Source of the DNA: Eledone cirrhosa
Lineage: Eukaryota
Assembly (NCBI GenBank): GCA_964016885.1
Contig: OZ024749.1
Span: 4,278,001-4,342,000, forward strand
Length of the DNA stretch: 64,000 bases
Direction: 5' to 3'
Shown: one piece after another, positions 15,901 to 31,951 of the stretch
How positions within the stretch are numbered: the first letter of the stretch is position 1
Layout: every line of letters begins with the position of its first letter
Made by a program: the position numbers and the translations under genes
The notes under the pieces: generated by a model
Databases searched by the model: none
Seen by the model: only the letters and a program-made list of their open reading frames with translations
Told to the model about the DNA's origin: nothing

Positions 15901-16677
15901 ATGTAATATAGTATATATAATATAATTTTATATAATGTAATATAATATATATATAATATAATATAATTTTATATAAAGTAATATAAATTAATGCAGTTTG
16001 CATTGAAATATATTTGTTCACAAATCAAAGCCGTTTGACGTTAAGTGAGTTGCTTATATTATTAAAAGAATTGCAAGATTTAAATTAATATATATTTTCT
16101 TACTGAGTAATAACTGTTTCTACTTTAGGCACAAGGCCAGCAATTACCCAGTGCGTTACTGGTACTTTATTTCATCGACCCCGTAAGGATGAAGGGCAAA
16201 GTCAACCTCGGCGGGATTTGAACTCAGTAATATTACTGAGTAATAACACATTCTATTAATATTTATAAAATAAAAAAATACAAACGTCAAATAAAATTTA
16301 AAAAAATACGAAAATACGAATAAAGAAATACGAATAAGTATTTTCTATAATTGTTCGTAGGAAAGGAACTCTATCTGCCTCGACTATGTATTCCAGTTGT
16401 TCGATCACTGAAATGCCTGCTCAGGAAATTAATATATACGTTGCTGTGCGTTCAAAAGACAAATGCACACTTAATATAACATCACAGTTTTCAGTGAGTT
16501 TCAATGTAACATCGGTGCATGCCAAACCAAGCTATACATTACACGTACAGTCCCATCAAACAATGACTTCCTAACCATTTCTGTTCCCATTATTCCACTT
16601 ACCAACACGGGTCGATGTCCTACACACATTCACATCCAGAGCATATAACTGTCATAATGATGTGTGTATATATATAG

Positions 16678-16977
16678 AAAAAAAGATGAAATCGAAAATG
16701 TAACTGGAGACTTATTTAAAAAAAAATATACATATTTATTTGGTTCCTTTACCGGTAGAGATGGAAGGTCTGTGGTTTTCACAGACCCTCCATCTCAACT
16801 CTACTTTTGAAAAGCAGAAGAACTGCGAAACTGGTAAAGGAACCAAATAAATATATATATATTTTTTAAATAAGACTCAGGTTGCATTTTCGATTTCATC
16901 TTTTTTTCTTTATACTTTCACTCGTGTAGGACACCTCGGTTATTTTTCATGCTGTAAAATAAACCTCACTTTCTAAT
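16678..16977. repeat. Fold-back PLE-like end; homolog at ~63825-64000
   Basis: Arms at 16678-16757 and 16830-16910, with HHR 3' half GAAAC(T/C)GGTA and tail ACTCGTGTAGGACACCTCG. Confidence 0.7.
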
Positions 16978-16997
16978 ATATATATATATATATATAT

Positions 16998-19900
16998 GAA
17001 TATAGACATAGAATATTCGAAAATATTCTGTATGTTTATAATAAACATTTTGAAGACCTAATCGCTATAGAATAGAATACGTCACGTATTACAATTAGAT
17101 TCTCGATAAAAGCAAGGGAAGTAATCTACGCGTTTCATTCTTATTAGAAATCTTCAGGACTACATATCCAGTGCTTTTATCGAGAATGACACAGCTAGAG
17201 ACTTATAGAATACTTAGCTGTGTACAGGAACTGGTTTGAAAGAGCGGTTGCCGGTCCGGCAGAAATTAGAAATTGGAATAAATGCTCTGAAATAGCGATA
17301 TATATGTGAATATAGACATAGAATATTCGAAAATATTCTGTATGTTTATAATAAACATTTTGAAGACCTAATCGCTATAGAATAGAATACGTCACGTATT
17401 ACAATTAGATTCTCGATAAAAGCAAGGGAAGTAATCTACGCGTTTCATTCTTATTAGAAATCTTCAGGACTACATATCCAGTGCTTTTATCGAGAATGAC
17501 ACAGCTAGAGACTTATAGAATACTTAGCTGTGTACAGGAACTGGTTTGAAAGAGCGGTTGCCGGTCCGGCAGAAATTAGAAATTGGAATAAATGCTCTGA
17601 AATAGCGATATATATGTGAATATAGACATAGAATATTCGAAAATATTCTGTATGTTTATAATAAACATTTTGAAGACCTAATCGCTATAGAATAGAATAC
17701 GTCACGTATTACAATTAGATTCTCGATAAAAGCAAGGGAAGTAATCTACGCGTTTCATTCTTATTAGAAATCTTCAGGACTACATATCCAGTGCTTTTAT
17801 CGAGAATGACACAGCTAGAGACTTATAGAATACTTAGCTGTGTACAGGAACTGGTTTGAAAGAGCGGTTGCCGGTCCGGCAGAAATTAGAAATTGGAATA
17901 AATGCTCTGAAATAGCGATATATATGTGAATATAGACATAGAATATTCGAAAATATTCTGTATGTTTATAATAAACATTTTGAAGACCTAATCGCTATAG
18001 AATAGAATACGTCACGTATTACAATTAGATTCTCGATAAAAGCAAGGGAAGTAATCTACGCGTTTCATTCTTATTAGAAATCTTCAGGACTACATATCCA
18101 GTGCTTTTATCGAGAATGACACAGCTAGAGACTTATAGAATACTTAGCTGTGTACAGGAACTGGTTTGAAAGAGCGGTTGCCGGTCCGGCAGAAATTAGA
18201 AATTGGAATAAATGCTCTGAAATAGCGATATATATGTGAATATAGACATAGAATATTCGAAAATATTCTGTATGTTTATAATAAACATTTTGAAGACCTA
18301 ATCGCTATAGAATAGAATACGTCACGTATTACAATTAGATTCTCGATAAAAGCAAGGGAAGTAATCTACGCGTTTCATTCTTATTAGAAATCTTCAGGAC
18401 TACATATCCAGTGCTTTTATCGAGAATGACACAGCTAGAGACTTATAGAATACTTAGCTGTGTACAGGAACTGGTTTGAAAGAGCGGTTGCCGGTCCGGC
18501 AGAAATTAGAAATTGGAATAAATGCTCTGAAATAGCGATATATATGAGAATATAGACATAGAATATTCGAAAATATTCTGTATGTTTATAATAAACATTT
18601 TGAAGACCTAATCGCTATAGAATAGAATACGTCACGTATTACAATTAGATTCTCGATAAAAGCAAGGGAAGTAATCTACGCGTTTCATTCTTATTAGAAA
18701 TCTTCAGGACTACATATCCAGTGCTTTTATCGAGAATGACACAGCTAGAGACTTATAGAATACTTAGCTGTGTACAGGAACTGGTTTGAAAGAGCGGTTG
18801 CCGGTCCGGCAGAAATTAGAAATTGGAATAAATGCTCTGAAATAGCGATATATATGTGAATATAGACATAGAATATTCGAAAATATTCTGTATGTTTATA
18901 ATAAACATTTTGAAGACCTAATCGCTATAGAATAGAATACGTCACGTATTACAATTAGATTCTCGATAAAAGCAAGGGAAGTAATCTACGCGTTTCATTC
19001 TTATTAGAAATCTTCAGGACTACATATCCAGTGCTTTTATCGAGAATGACACAGCTAGAGACTTATAGAATACTTAGCTGTGTACAGGAACTGGTTTGAA
19101 AGAGCGGTTGCCGGTCCGGCAGAAATTAGAAATTGGAATAAATGCTCTGAAATAGCGATATATATGAGAATATAGACATAGAATATTCGAAAATATTCTG
19201 TATGTTTATAATAAACATTTTGAAGACCTAATCGCTATAGAATAGAATACGTCACGTATTACAATTAGATTCTCGATAAAAGCAAGGGAAGTAATCTACG
19301 CGTTTCATTCTTATTAGAAATCTTCAGGACTACATATCCAGTGCTTTTATCGAGAATGACACAGCTAGAGACTTATAGAATACTTAGCTGTGTACAGGAA
19401 CTGGTTTGAAAGAGCGGTTGCCGGTCCGGCAGAAATTAGAAATTGGAATAAATGCTCTGAAATAGCGATATATATGTGAATATAGACATAGAATATTCGA
19501 AAATATTCTTTATGTTTATAATAAACATTTTGAAGACCTAATCGCTATAGAATAGAATACGTCACGTATTACAATTAGATTCTCGATAAAAGCAAGGGAA
19601 GTAATCTACGCGTTTCATTCTTATTAGAAATCTTCAGGACTACATATCCAGTGCTTTTATCGAGAATGACACAGCTAGAGACTTATAGAATACTTAGCTG
19701 TGTACAGGAACTGGTTTGAAAGAGCGGTTGCCGGTCCGGCAGAAATTAGAAATTGGAATAAATGCTCTGAAATAGCGATATATATGTCGCTATTTCAGAG
19801 CGGTTGCCGGTCCGGCAGAAATTAGAAATTGGAATAAATGCTCTGAAATAGCGATATATATATCGCTATTTCAGAGCATTTATTCCAATTTCTAATTTCT

Positions 19901-21743
19901 GCCGGACCGGCAACCGCTCTTTCAAACCAGTTCCTGTACACAGCTAAGTATTCTATAAGTCTCTAGCTGTGTCATTCTCGATAAAAGCACTGGATATGTA
20001 GTCCTGAAGATTTCTAATAAGAATGAAACGCGTAGATTACTCCCCTTGCTTTTATCGAGAATCTAATTGTAATACGTGACGTATTCTATTCTATAGCGAT
20101 TAGGTCTTCAAAATGTTTATTATAAACATACAGAATATTTTCGAATATTCTATGTCTATATTCACATATATATCGCTATTTCAGAGCATTTATTCCAATT
20201 TCTAATTTCTGCCGGACCGGCAACCGCTCTTTCAAACCAGTTCCTGTACACAGCTAAGTATTCTATAAGTCTCTAGCTGTGTCATTCTCGATAAAAGCAC
20301 TGGATATGTAGTCCTGAAGATTTCTAATAAGAATGAAACGCGTAGATTACTTCCCTTGCTTTTATCGAGAATCTAATTGTAATACGTGACGTATTCTATT
20401 CTATAGCGATTAGGTCTTCAAAATGTTTATTATAAACATACAGAATATTTTCGAATATTCTATGTCTATATTCACATATATATCGCTATTTCAGAGCATT
20501 TATTCCAATTTCTAATTTCTGCCGGACCGGCAACCGCTCTTTCAAACCAGTTCCTGTACACAGCTAAGTATTCTATAAGTCTCTAGCTGTGTCATTCTCG
20601 ATAAAAGCACTGGATATGTAGTCCTGAAGATTTCTAATAAGAATGAAACGCGTAGATTACTCCCCTTGCTTTTATCGAGAATCTAATTGTAATACGTGAC
20701 GTATTCTATTCTATAGCGATTAGGTCTTCAAAATGTTTATTATAAACATACAGAATATTTTCGAATATTCTATGTCTATATTCACATATATATCGCTATT
20801 TCAGAGCATTTATTCCAATTTCTAATTTCTGCCGGACCGGCAACCGCTCTTTCAAACCAGTTCCTGTACACAGCTAAGTATTCTATAAGTCTCTAGCTGT
20901 GTCATTCTCGATAAAAGCACTGGATATGTAGTCCTGAAGATTTCTAATAAGAATGAAACGCGTAGATTACTTCCCTTGCTTTTATCGAGAATCTAATTGT
21001 AATACGTGACGTATTCTATTCTATAGCGATTAGGTCTTCAAAATGTTTATTATAAACATACAGAATATTTTCGAATATTCTATGTCTATATTCACATATA
21101 TATCGCTATTTCAGAGCATTTATTCCAATTTCTAATTTCTGCCGGACCGGCAACCGCTCTTTCAAACCAGTTCCTGTACACAGCTAAGTATTCTATAAGT
21201 CTCTAGCTGTGTCATTCTCGATAAAAGCACTGGATATGTAGTCCTGAAGATTTCTAATAAGAATGAAACGCGTAGATTACTTCCCTTGCTTTTATCGAGA
21301 ATCTAATTGTAATACGTGACGTATTCTATTCTATAGCGATTAGGTCTTCAAAATGTTTATTATAAACATACAGAATATTTTCGAATATTCTATGTCTATA
21401 TTCACATATATATCGCTATTTCAGAGCATTTATTCCAATTTCTAATTTCTGCCGGACCGGCAACCGCTCTTTCAAACCAGTTCCTGTACACAGCTAAGTA
21501 TTCTATAAGTCTCTAGCTGTGTCATTCTCGATAAAAGCACTGGATATGTAGTCCTGAAGATTTCTAATAAGAATGAAACGCGTAGATTACTTCCCTTGCT
21601 TTTATCGAGAATCTAATTGTAATACGTGACGTATTCTATTCTATAGCGATTAGGTCTTCAAAATGTTTATTATAAACATACAGAATATTTTCGAATATTC
21701 TATGTCTATATTCACATATATATCGCTATTTCAGAGCATTTAT

Positions 21744-21749
<6 letters not shown>
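16998..21749. mobile_element. 310-bp tandem array 2 (candidate retrozyme), fold-back: 9 units with HHR on minus strand, complex junction at 19788-19866, then ~6.1 units with HHR on plus strand
   Basis: Same unit as array 1 apart from two substitutions. Fold-back centre is GCGATATA|TATATCGC at 19858/19859. Flanked by (TA)n. Confidence 0.9.
19998..20040 (+). ncRNA. Minimal type I hammerhead ribozyme, CUGAAGA variant (6 plus-strand copies from 19998; 9 minus-strand copies from 17121-17163)
   Basis: GUAGUC-CUGAAGA-U-UUCU-AAUA-AGAA-U-GAAA-CGCG-UA^GAUUAC. Confidence 0.9.
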
Positions 21750-21821
<72 letters not shown>

Positions 21822-22029
21822 ACATGCATACATACATACATTCATACATACATACATACATACACATGTATTATTCAATTCAAGCGAGTTGGTTGATTGA
21901 AAATCTGCCGATTTTTAGCAGCGGAAACAAAGCACTCTACGATGTTTGTTCATCCGGAGTTTTATTATAATAAAATACAAGAATAATATAATAAAATATC
22001 GAGGAAAAACGGTCTCATATATTTTATAT

Positions 22030-22240
22030 ATTTTGTGTAAACAAGAATTAAAAATTTAAGAGCGATTATTAATAATTCTATACCTACTATTTATGATGTG
22101 TATTCTCTCAGTATTACAAAAGTCACACCCCCTTTGATCCAGTTTTGACCAAGAAAGGGTGTATTCCACTTGTTTATTTTTTAGTGACCAAATCAGTTCA
22201 GACAGGGCCTTGCTAGATCTTTTATCACCTCTGTTATATG
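22030..22240 (-). pseudogene. Decayed PLE GIY-YIG C-terminal fragment
   Basis: ALSELIWSLKNKQVEYTLSW...CDFCNTERIHI...INNRS*IFNSCLHK resembles the PLE C-terminus. An inverted pair of downstream segments lies at ~21870-21965 (-) and ~22650-22742 (+). Confidence 0.6.
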
Positions 22241-22369
22241 AATAGCCATCTCCCTCGACACTATTATAGGATCGATCGACTCTCGTCGAATCGGACCGAG
22301 GAAACAACGTTTCCGTTGGTCTTTCCACTGCTAATACTATCTATCGGTCGCAACTCCAGGTAGAAGGAG

Positions 22370-22486
22370 CAACGTGAAATAAAGTCTGTTGCTCAAGGAC
22401 ATAACGCATCGACCGGTACAAGAATCGAACTCACAACCTCAATATTCTGAAACCAATTCTCTAACCACTCAGCCACACGCCTTCAC
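22370..22486 (-). mobile_element. Second tRNA-derived SINE type (head plus GTCCTTGAGCAA core)
   Basis: Minus strand: TGGCTGAGTGGTTAGAG (A box), GAGTTCGATTC (B box), ATGTCCTTGAGCAACAGACTTT. Confidence 0.55.
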
Positions 22487-23005
22487 AACCTCGACACTAT
22501 AAATAGGGATAAACATATGAAACCGTCTTTCTTGTCTATTATCATAATTGTTTCTACGTTTGGCACAAGGCCAGCAATTACCAGGTACATTACTGGTACT
22601 TTATTTTATCGACCCCGTAAGGATGAAAAGCAAAGTTAACCTCGGCGGAATAAACTCCGGATGAACAAAAATTGTGGAGTGCTTTACATATGTTAAGAAG
22701 AAGTCGGAAAATTTACATTAAACCTACTTTCTTCAATTGAATATATATATATATGCGTGTGTGTGTCTGTGTGTATGTTTGTGTGCGTGTGTGTGTGCGT
22801 GAGTTATGTGTGTGTATATGGATGTGTGAGCGTGCGTGTGTGAGTTTCTGAAATGTATTTATGTATATACATATATGTATGTATACATGCATCCATGTAT
22901 ATCTAAGTAGCTATATATCTAGATATATATATGTGTGTGTGTGTTTGTCTGTGCTTGTAAGCGCGCGTGCGTGTGTTTGTGATTATATATATATATATAT
23001 ATATA

Positions 23006-23858
<853 letters not shown>

Positions 23859-23861
23859 ATT

Positions 23862-23894
<33 letters not shown>

Positions 23895-25227
23895 CTATCT
23901 CACATCTTATAGACGTGTTCTTGAGGCTAGTAGAATGAGGTATAGAAGCAGTTTAGGTATGATACATCTTATTACTAATTATATCTAAATGTTTCTTCTC
24001 TCTTCATAATGTACTTTTAGCTCTGATATTGGTTCAGTCCAATCCATTCGGATTGGTTTGTCCCAGTTATTCATAGAGCAACATCGGTTAAGGTTGGCAC
24101 CATTAACTCAAGGATGGATGTGGATATATTCATGTATATGTGTGTGTCCGCATGTATCTCTGTGTTTCTCAATATATTGTATATATATACATACATATAT
24201 ACATATTTAAGCTCGTAAACCTTCTCGTTTATCACATTATATTGGATTATTTGAATTCAAGATATATCTATGCCATATGATTTTTAACGAGATATGCTGT
24301 TATATAACAGTTTCGCTTCGTACTTCTACCAATATTAACTTTAATAATGATTTCTAGTATAGGCATACTACCATAAATTTGGGGAGATGGATAAGTAGAG
24401 TAAATTGACCCCTGTGCATTACTGTTACTTTATTTTATCGACCTGTAAAATGAAAGGCCAGGCTAACATAGGCTTGATTTTAACTGAGACCGTCAAGGGC
24501 CGTAACTCTATGCTGCGAAGCCTGGTGTCCAACGCTCTACCGATTCCACCAATCCACTTCCCTATAATATCTACTTTTTTGGTAACATTACATTACTTTG
24601 AATTTGAGGCGGCACTCCCAGCAAAGCTGAAATATAATTTGTGTTGATATCAATTATATGATATCAACATATATGATAACAGTTTAAGTTTGGGATAATA
24701 TATCCTCAATTCCTCATTCTATTATTTTCGAATTATTGTATTTGTTTCTTGATATTTAGGCTGCAGCCATGCGTCAGTAGCCTCTTTGTAGGGATTGCTA
24801 CTTCATATCGACCCCAGAACATTTGTTTCCAATTTGATACATATATGACTGTGGTTTGTATGTGTTCGTCCTTCATTGAGTTATTTGTTATCATTGGCTT
24901 TCATCATCAAAGTCTAACGTCTGTCCCGTGACCGGAAGTTTATCACGCTGGTGGTAATCCCGGTTTCGCTAAGGGACTAAGAGTTCAAGCCTTCACTCTG
25001 GGTAAAGCCCTCAGCTACTGCTGGAACACATATTCAGCTGAGTATACACATACAACATCAACGTGAACTGAAGTGTTTTGCTCAAAAACACAACACATAT
25101 CCCAGTCTACGAATCTAACCCATAGCTTTATGATCATAAGTCCAAAACACATACTACAAGGCCACGTATCGCAGCATGCATAGTATTTGTATTTATAATA
25201 TATTACATTATAATATATATAGATATA

Positions 25228-25316
<89 letters not shown>

Positions 25317-25515
25317 GCAAGTAGTTCCACAACACTGAGTTCACCAGGACCGATAACAATTGTTTCACCTTATTCGGATCATCAGCTAGCTGATGATCCG
25401 AACAATTGTTCCCAGTAATGTTAAACTAACTGTTGTGGAACTTTTTCTACCAAACTCGTTCCATAGACTGAGTGCTCTACTACTGCGGATATAACCCACC
25501 AGTTTTCTACTAATT

Positions 25516-25550
<35 letters not shown>

Positions 25551-26857
25551 CTGTGTGTGTATGTGTATATGTGTGTATGTGTGTGCTTGTGCGTGTGCGT
25601 GTGTCTGTGTGTGTGTCCGTGCGTGTGTGTGTTCGTGCGTGTGTATGTTTCTGCATGCGTGTGTCTTAACGAATAGAATTTCTGGATAAGTGATAATATT
25701 ATATAAATATATCTTTACTAACCGGCTGTATATATATCTTGTGTATGTAATCTATTAAGCTGTTTTTACGTATTTACTTGTTATTTCAGCGATTATACTA
25801 AGTATTAATCTAATTGCCTCCACTATACATTCGCCTATTCACATTTCTATACTGAATGTCTTAAGATAGTAGCGGCTTATATTACTTATATATATTCTTG
25901 TTGGATTTCTTGAATAGAGATTACTGCAAATAGTTGATTTGGTTGAACAGAAATGTCATGACAATCAGGTGTTAATAAAGAGAGCTAAAATGTTAAGAAA
26001 ATATATTTTACATATTTAATAAGACTTGATTAAACTCTGCATAATACGTTGGCTTTTTCAATAGGGTGGAAGGCATGAACAAGTCATATTAGTCTAGTGT
26101 GTATGGTAAAATATATAGGGATTTGAATATATTTATCATAAGTTTCGCTTTCCAAGTGGTTGTCACAAACATTGGCAATACTATAAAGAATACACGAAAT
26201 AGAAACGTATTTATCAAACTACATATTTAAAAAATCGACTTACAGACGAACACACACACACATACATACACACACATAAGGACACACACACACACGCAGA
26301 TACATATACACACAAACACACACACATGTATACACACACACACACATATGCACACACATACATACACACAGATACACACACTCACGTATACACACACACA
26401 CGCACACATATACACACACACACACAGATACACACTCACACATATACACACGCACACATACACACACACACACATATACATACACACACACATATATACA
26501 CACCCCCACACACACCCATGGTAGTGTGTAATGTGTGTGTGTTTGGTTCATGTCAGAGACTGTGTACGTCACAGTCACTCTGTATATACTTATATCTCTC
26601 CGTCCGACTTTCTATATAAGACATTTCCCCTGTTTTTGGAAATCATTCTCTCTCACTCACTCACTCTCTCTCTGTCTCTCTCTCTCTCTCTCTTTCTCTC
26701 TCTCCCTCTCTCTCTCTCTTTTTCTCTCTCTCTCTCTCTCTGAGCATCTGTTAGTGTGTATATACTTATGTATGTGTGTGTGTATACACATGTACATGTA
26801 TACATATTTATATCGCACCCTCTCTTCCCACTCTCTCTCTCTCTCTCTCTCTCTCTG

Positions 26858-26933
<76 letters not shown>

Positions 26934-26977
26934 TGAAAGGTATAGAAAACACTGCAGCAAAAAGCCAACAGCAATCC

Positions 26978-27055
<78 letters not shown>

Positions 27056-27167
27056 AGCTGAGTTTTATTGTAGCACACTAAAGCAACGCAAATATCGGAT
27101 AAGTAGCACTCCACAGTCTATAGGACTGGATGATAAATCATATAAGATCAAAAGATGGTTAAAAGAG

Positions 27168-27234
27168 TTTTATTATGCGCATTTCAAAAACAAATATCAT
27201 TATGGGATGATATTTGCGTTCTCATCAGATAAAA
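27168..27234 (-). ncRNA. Hammerhead ribozyme with extended stem II
   Basis: Minus strand: UUUUAU-CUGAUGA-(GAACGCAAAUAUCAU..AUGAUAUUUGUUUUU)-GAAA-UGCGCA-UA^AUAAAA. Stem III is the palindrome AUGCGCAU. Confidence 0.75.
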
Positions 27235-27408
27235 TAGGGAGACATGATATGAAGCTTAAAAAACAGGTGTGAGCAGTGAAGTGTTAAAGCAACATATATG
27301 TTGATTTAACACTTCACGATGATATTTGTTTTTGAAATGCGCATAATAAAATACATGGAACTATTTTAAGCATCTTTTGATATTATATTATATCTATCTA
27401 TCTATCTA

Positions 27409-27476
<68 letters not shown>

Positions 27477-27589
27477 GAGAGAGTGGTATATATGTTTGTG
27501 TTGTGTGTGATGGTATATGTGTATATACTGTATATATATATATATATAGAGAGAGAGTTGTGTAAATATGTTTGTGTTGTGTGTGAGTG

Positions 27590-28490
<901 letters not shown>

Positions 28491-29003
28491 TATATATATA
28501 TAAATAGATAGATAGATCAATAGATAGATAAACGTGTGTGTGTGCTTGAGTGTCTGTGTGTGTGTGGGTATGTGTGTGTGTATATGTACATGTGTGTGTG
28601 TTATGCCTGTGTTTGTTGCTCTATGTCTGTGTGTATATAGTCACAGTGTGTTTCTGTAGCCAACCGCTGTGTGTTATTGCTGTGGGGTTAGTTCCGCATT
28701 GATGATTAATATTCGTCGGCAAAAGAAAAATACATAGAGCCGTGGGAATAGAGGAAATTCTATAACATTACAAATTGGTGACAACAATTCTGTGTATTTT
28801 TTCAGAAGGCAATATATGACAGACTAAAAACTGAACTTTGTCAATTATTGGTTTCTGCGTTTAAATATTTATTATCTTCCTCCATGATTTCCCGATATAA
28901 TAGGCGCACGTTATTAGGTGTTGGCTGTTTATTGTGTTATTTCACAGCATAATAATAATGTTAGTGTTTGATATTAATAGCAGCCAGACAATTCTTATAG
29001 GAC

Positions 29004-29039
<36 letters not shown>

Positions 29040-29333
29040 ATATATACACATATATATATATATATATTATATATTATATATATTTATATAGATTAGGTAG
29101 TAACTGGTGGCCACGCCGTATTTGACCACATAGAATTAGTCTGCCAGTTGCGATTTTATAAAACCTTCTGAATAGGAAATAAAGATGAGTATTCACGCAC
29201 ATGTGACGCGAGCCCACACCCTTGGCATGCTGGTCAATGCCCATGCTTTTTTCGTACCTCACTATTTGTATACATATATATATATATATGATATGGTTAT
29301 ACAGCTTTTAATTGAATGGAGGTAAGCATGGGT

Positions 29334-29404
29334 GGCGTTTTGGTGTAATGGTTACACATTGGTCCGGCAAACCAAGGACGTGGGTTCATGTCCCATGTAC
29401 GCCA
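29334..29404 (+). tRNA. tRNA-like cloverleaf (GGC at anticodon position); probably a pseudo-tRNA within a repeat
   Basis: Acceptor GGCGT/ACGCC, D stem GTGT/ACAC, anticodon stem TTGGT/ACCAA, T stem GTGGG/CCCAT. C33 and the T loop TTCATGT are non-canonical. Confidence 0.5.
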
Positions 29405-29572
29405 ATGGTCATCCTTCTTTTTCCATTCAGAGGGTTTTTTTAAAATCATAACTGGTAGACTAATACTGCGTGGTAAAATACGGCGTAGTCTGCTGGCCGT
29501 TTGTGAACAAGGCCTGCTGCCTGTCTTCAGATGTGTATACATATTTATATAAGTATATATACCTACATATAT

Positions 29573-29617
<45 letters not shown>

Positions 29618-30072
29618 CATTGCAAACTTGACTGTCAGCACATATTATGAACCTGAAGATTGCGAAAACATGAAAGTACTTGTTCAATTAACACTGAGAA
29701 TTTAATATTCTATTATACTATTTCATTATAATACCATTATAAATTTTAAAGGATCGTAAATAAAACGAGTAAAACAGAAAAGTTTGAATTCCTCTTATTA
29801 ATATAATCTTCTATACTCAATCATACACACCAGTGTATATTTATCTCTCTCTCTCTAAATATATATATATATGTATATATAAGAAAATGTTCAGGACCCC
29901 GACGGCATAGCTGAAGTCGTTTCGACCACTATTTCTGGACGCCATAATCGAAACGGCTTGAGCTCTGCTGTCGGGGTCCTGAACCTTTTTTCTTAGTACC
30001 CACTCTACTAACCAAAGTGTCGAGTACTCTGGTGCGTTTTGGTACACCTGGATCCTTACCACACTTCCTTCG

Positions 30073-30205
<133 letters not shown>

Positions 30206-31902
30206 TGTGTGTGTATGTGCGCGTGTGTGTATGTGTGTATTTCTATACACATACATATGTGTGCGTATGCGTATGTGGCGGCGTGCGTGCTGAAAGCCAG
30301 TGAGTAAAACAGAGGCAGCATGACCGAATAGAAATTGCCTAATCTGATCCCCTTACCATGAAAACCTGAGAGGAGCATGTATGGTTTTAATATACATACC
30401 GATGTCCTCTAGCAATATACATGCCAGTGTATTGGAATGTGCATGTATATATGCCTCTGTGTGTATATGTCCTTGCTTGTAGGTCATTATATTGAAATAC
30501 TTCGTCAACGAACTCAACCATATCTCTGGTTATTCTCACATCTGTCAAACATTATTACCATGCATGATGAACGATTTAAATATACATTAATGTTTCCCTG
30601 TGTACTCTTAAAATACTGAAATGGAAGAAGATTTACATAGTTGAGATAGAGATTCTGAATACTTACACGTGCTCTTTCACAATGATACAATTAGGTCATA
30701 TAAGGTAAACTCTCTTGTGATTGATGGCATCAGTCAAGGGAATAGTGTATTTTCAGTTGCAGATAACCTTAATGCAATTGCAAGCTTCTGCTAATCCTAG
30801 ATTGAGTTTTTCGTTGATGCAAATGTGTTATTCTATTCTGACGGCAATTGTTGCGGATTATGTTTATATATTCACGAATAACTTCTAAACTGTTTAACTT
30901 GCAACGAATCAGATTATCACATAAATATTTCATCACCATAGCAATAACACATTACCAACTTGATTTGGTCATTCAGCAGATCGAGAATACAAACCGAATC
31001 AAAGATATATTACAAATGCGCTGCGATTACAAGCAACAAAATAAATGAACTTCTAGTCTTAGCAATTGAATTACGGCTCAAAATTTGACGAGAGAAAGAA
31101 GAGGGTAGGTTATTTAGATTTGACTATAGCAATTGTCTCTATTTCAAATTAATCGTCATATCTAAATAACTTATACTACAGTTTCTGTATCTGCATGTTG
31201 ATGTGCTCATTAATTATCGACGCTTGCATGTCAGTCTGACTAACAAATATATATATATATTTATATATATAGTCCTTCGTCAGTGATTTTCCAACTATCA
31301 TTAGTATTTCATCGCATTACAAATCATATACCTCAGGTTGGTGCGAGCAATAACTAAAAAAAGTTATTGGGACCAGTAATTCGCGTAAAGCGAGGGGGAG
31401 AAGTAAACAACATAGAAGGATAAAAGCAAACCAAAGATAGGAAAATAAACAGGCCACATGGTTGTCCGGTCAGCATAAGCCGGGTGGATTTCATGAGCGA
31501 GAGAGGTACAGACCGTCCGATGAACGACAGCCGAAATAATAAGGAAAACACCGATGAGGCAAAAACCCAATTACATGACCCCATGTAAAAATATACAACC
31601 GACCCCATTCCGGAATATGTAACCACCTAACGCTGCCAAACTTCGATGTTTACCAATTGTACTAATGTATTTATGAAATCAGACAACAAGCTAGAATTAA
31701 GAAAGAGAAAATCTTTATCAGAAATTTGAACTCACTTGCAACATAAGTTTTCAACACTAAAGTAGGGAAGAGTTACGCCGCTTGTCACCGATTATAATGT
31801 TCCCACACAGTAGCGACAAACAAATCAGTTGTGGAATTTAATTTAGCAAGAACAGAAGGGACCTACACCAATATGGTCGAGAATCAGCATGCAAGAAAGG
31901 AT

Positions 31903-31951
<49 letters not shown>

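Noticed and set aside
25350-25410. HHR core in a small palindrome
   Set aside because: The core is present on the minus strand, but stem I is lost by rearrangement. Counted only as a remnant.
29890-29985. Hairpin with GAAAC motifs (related pieces at ~28210 and ~39095)
   Set aside because: A real small fold-back, but no complete ribozyme core could be assembled.
31560-31750. Possible PLE endonuclease tail (RIKKEKIFIRNLN)
   Set aside because: Too degraded to support a call without a search.
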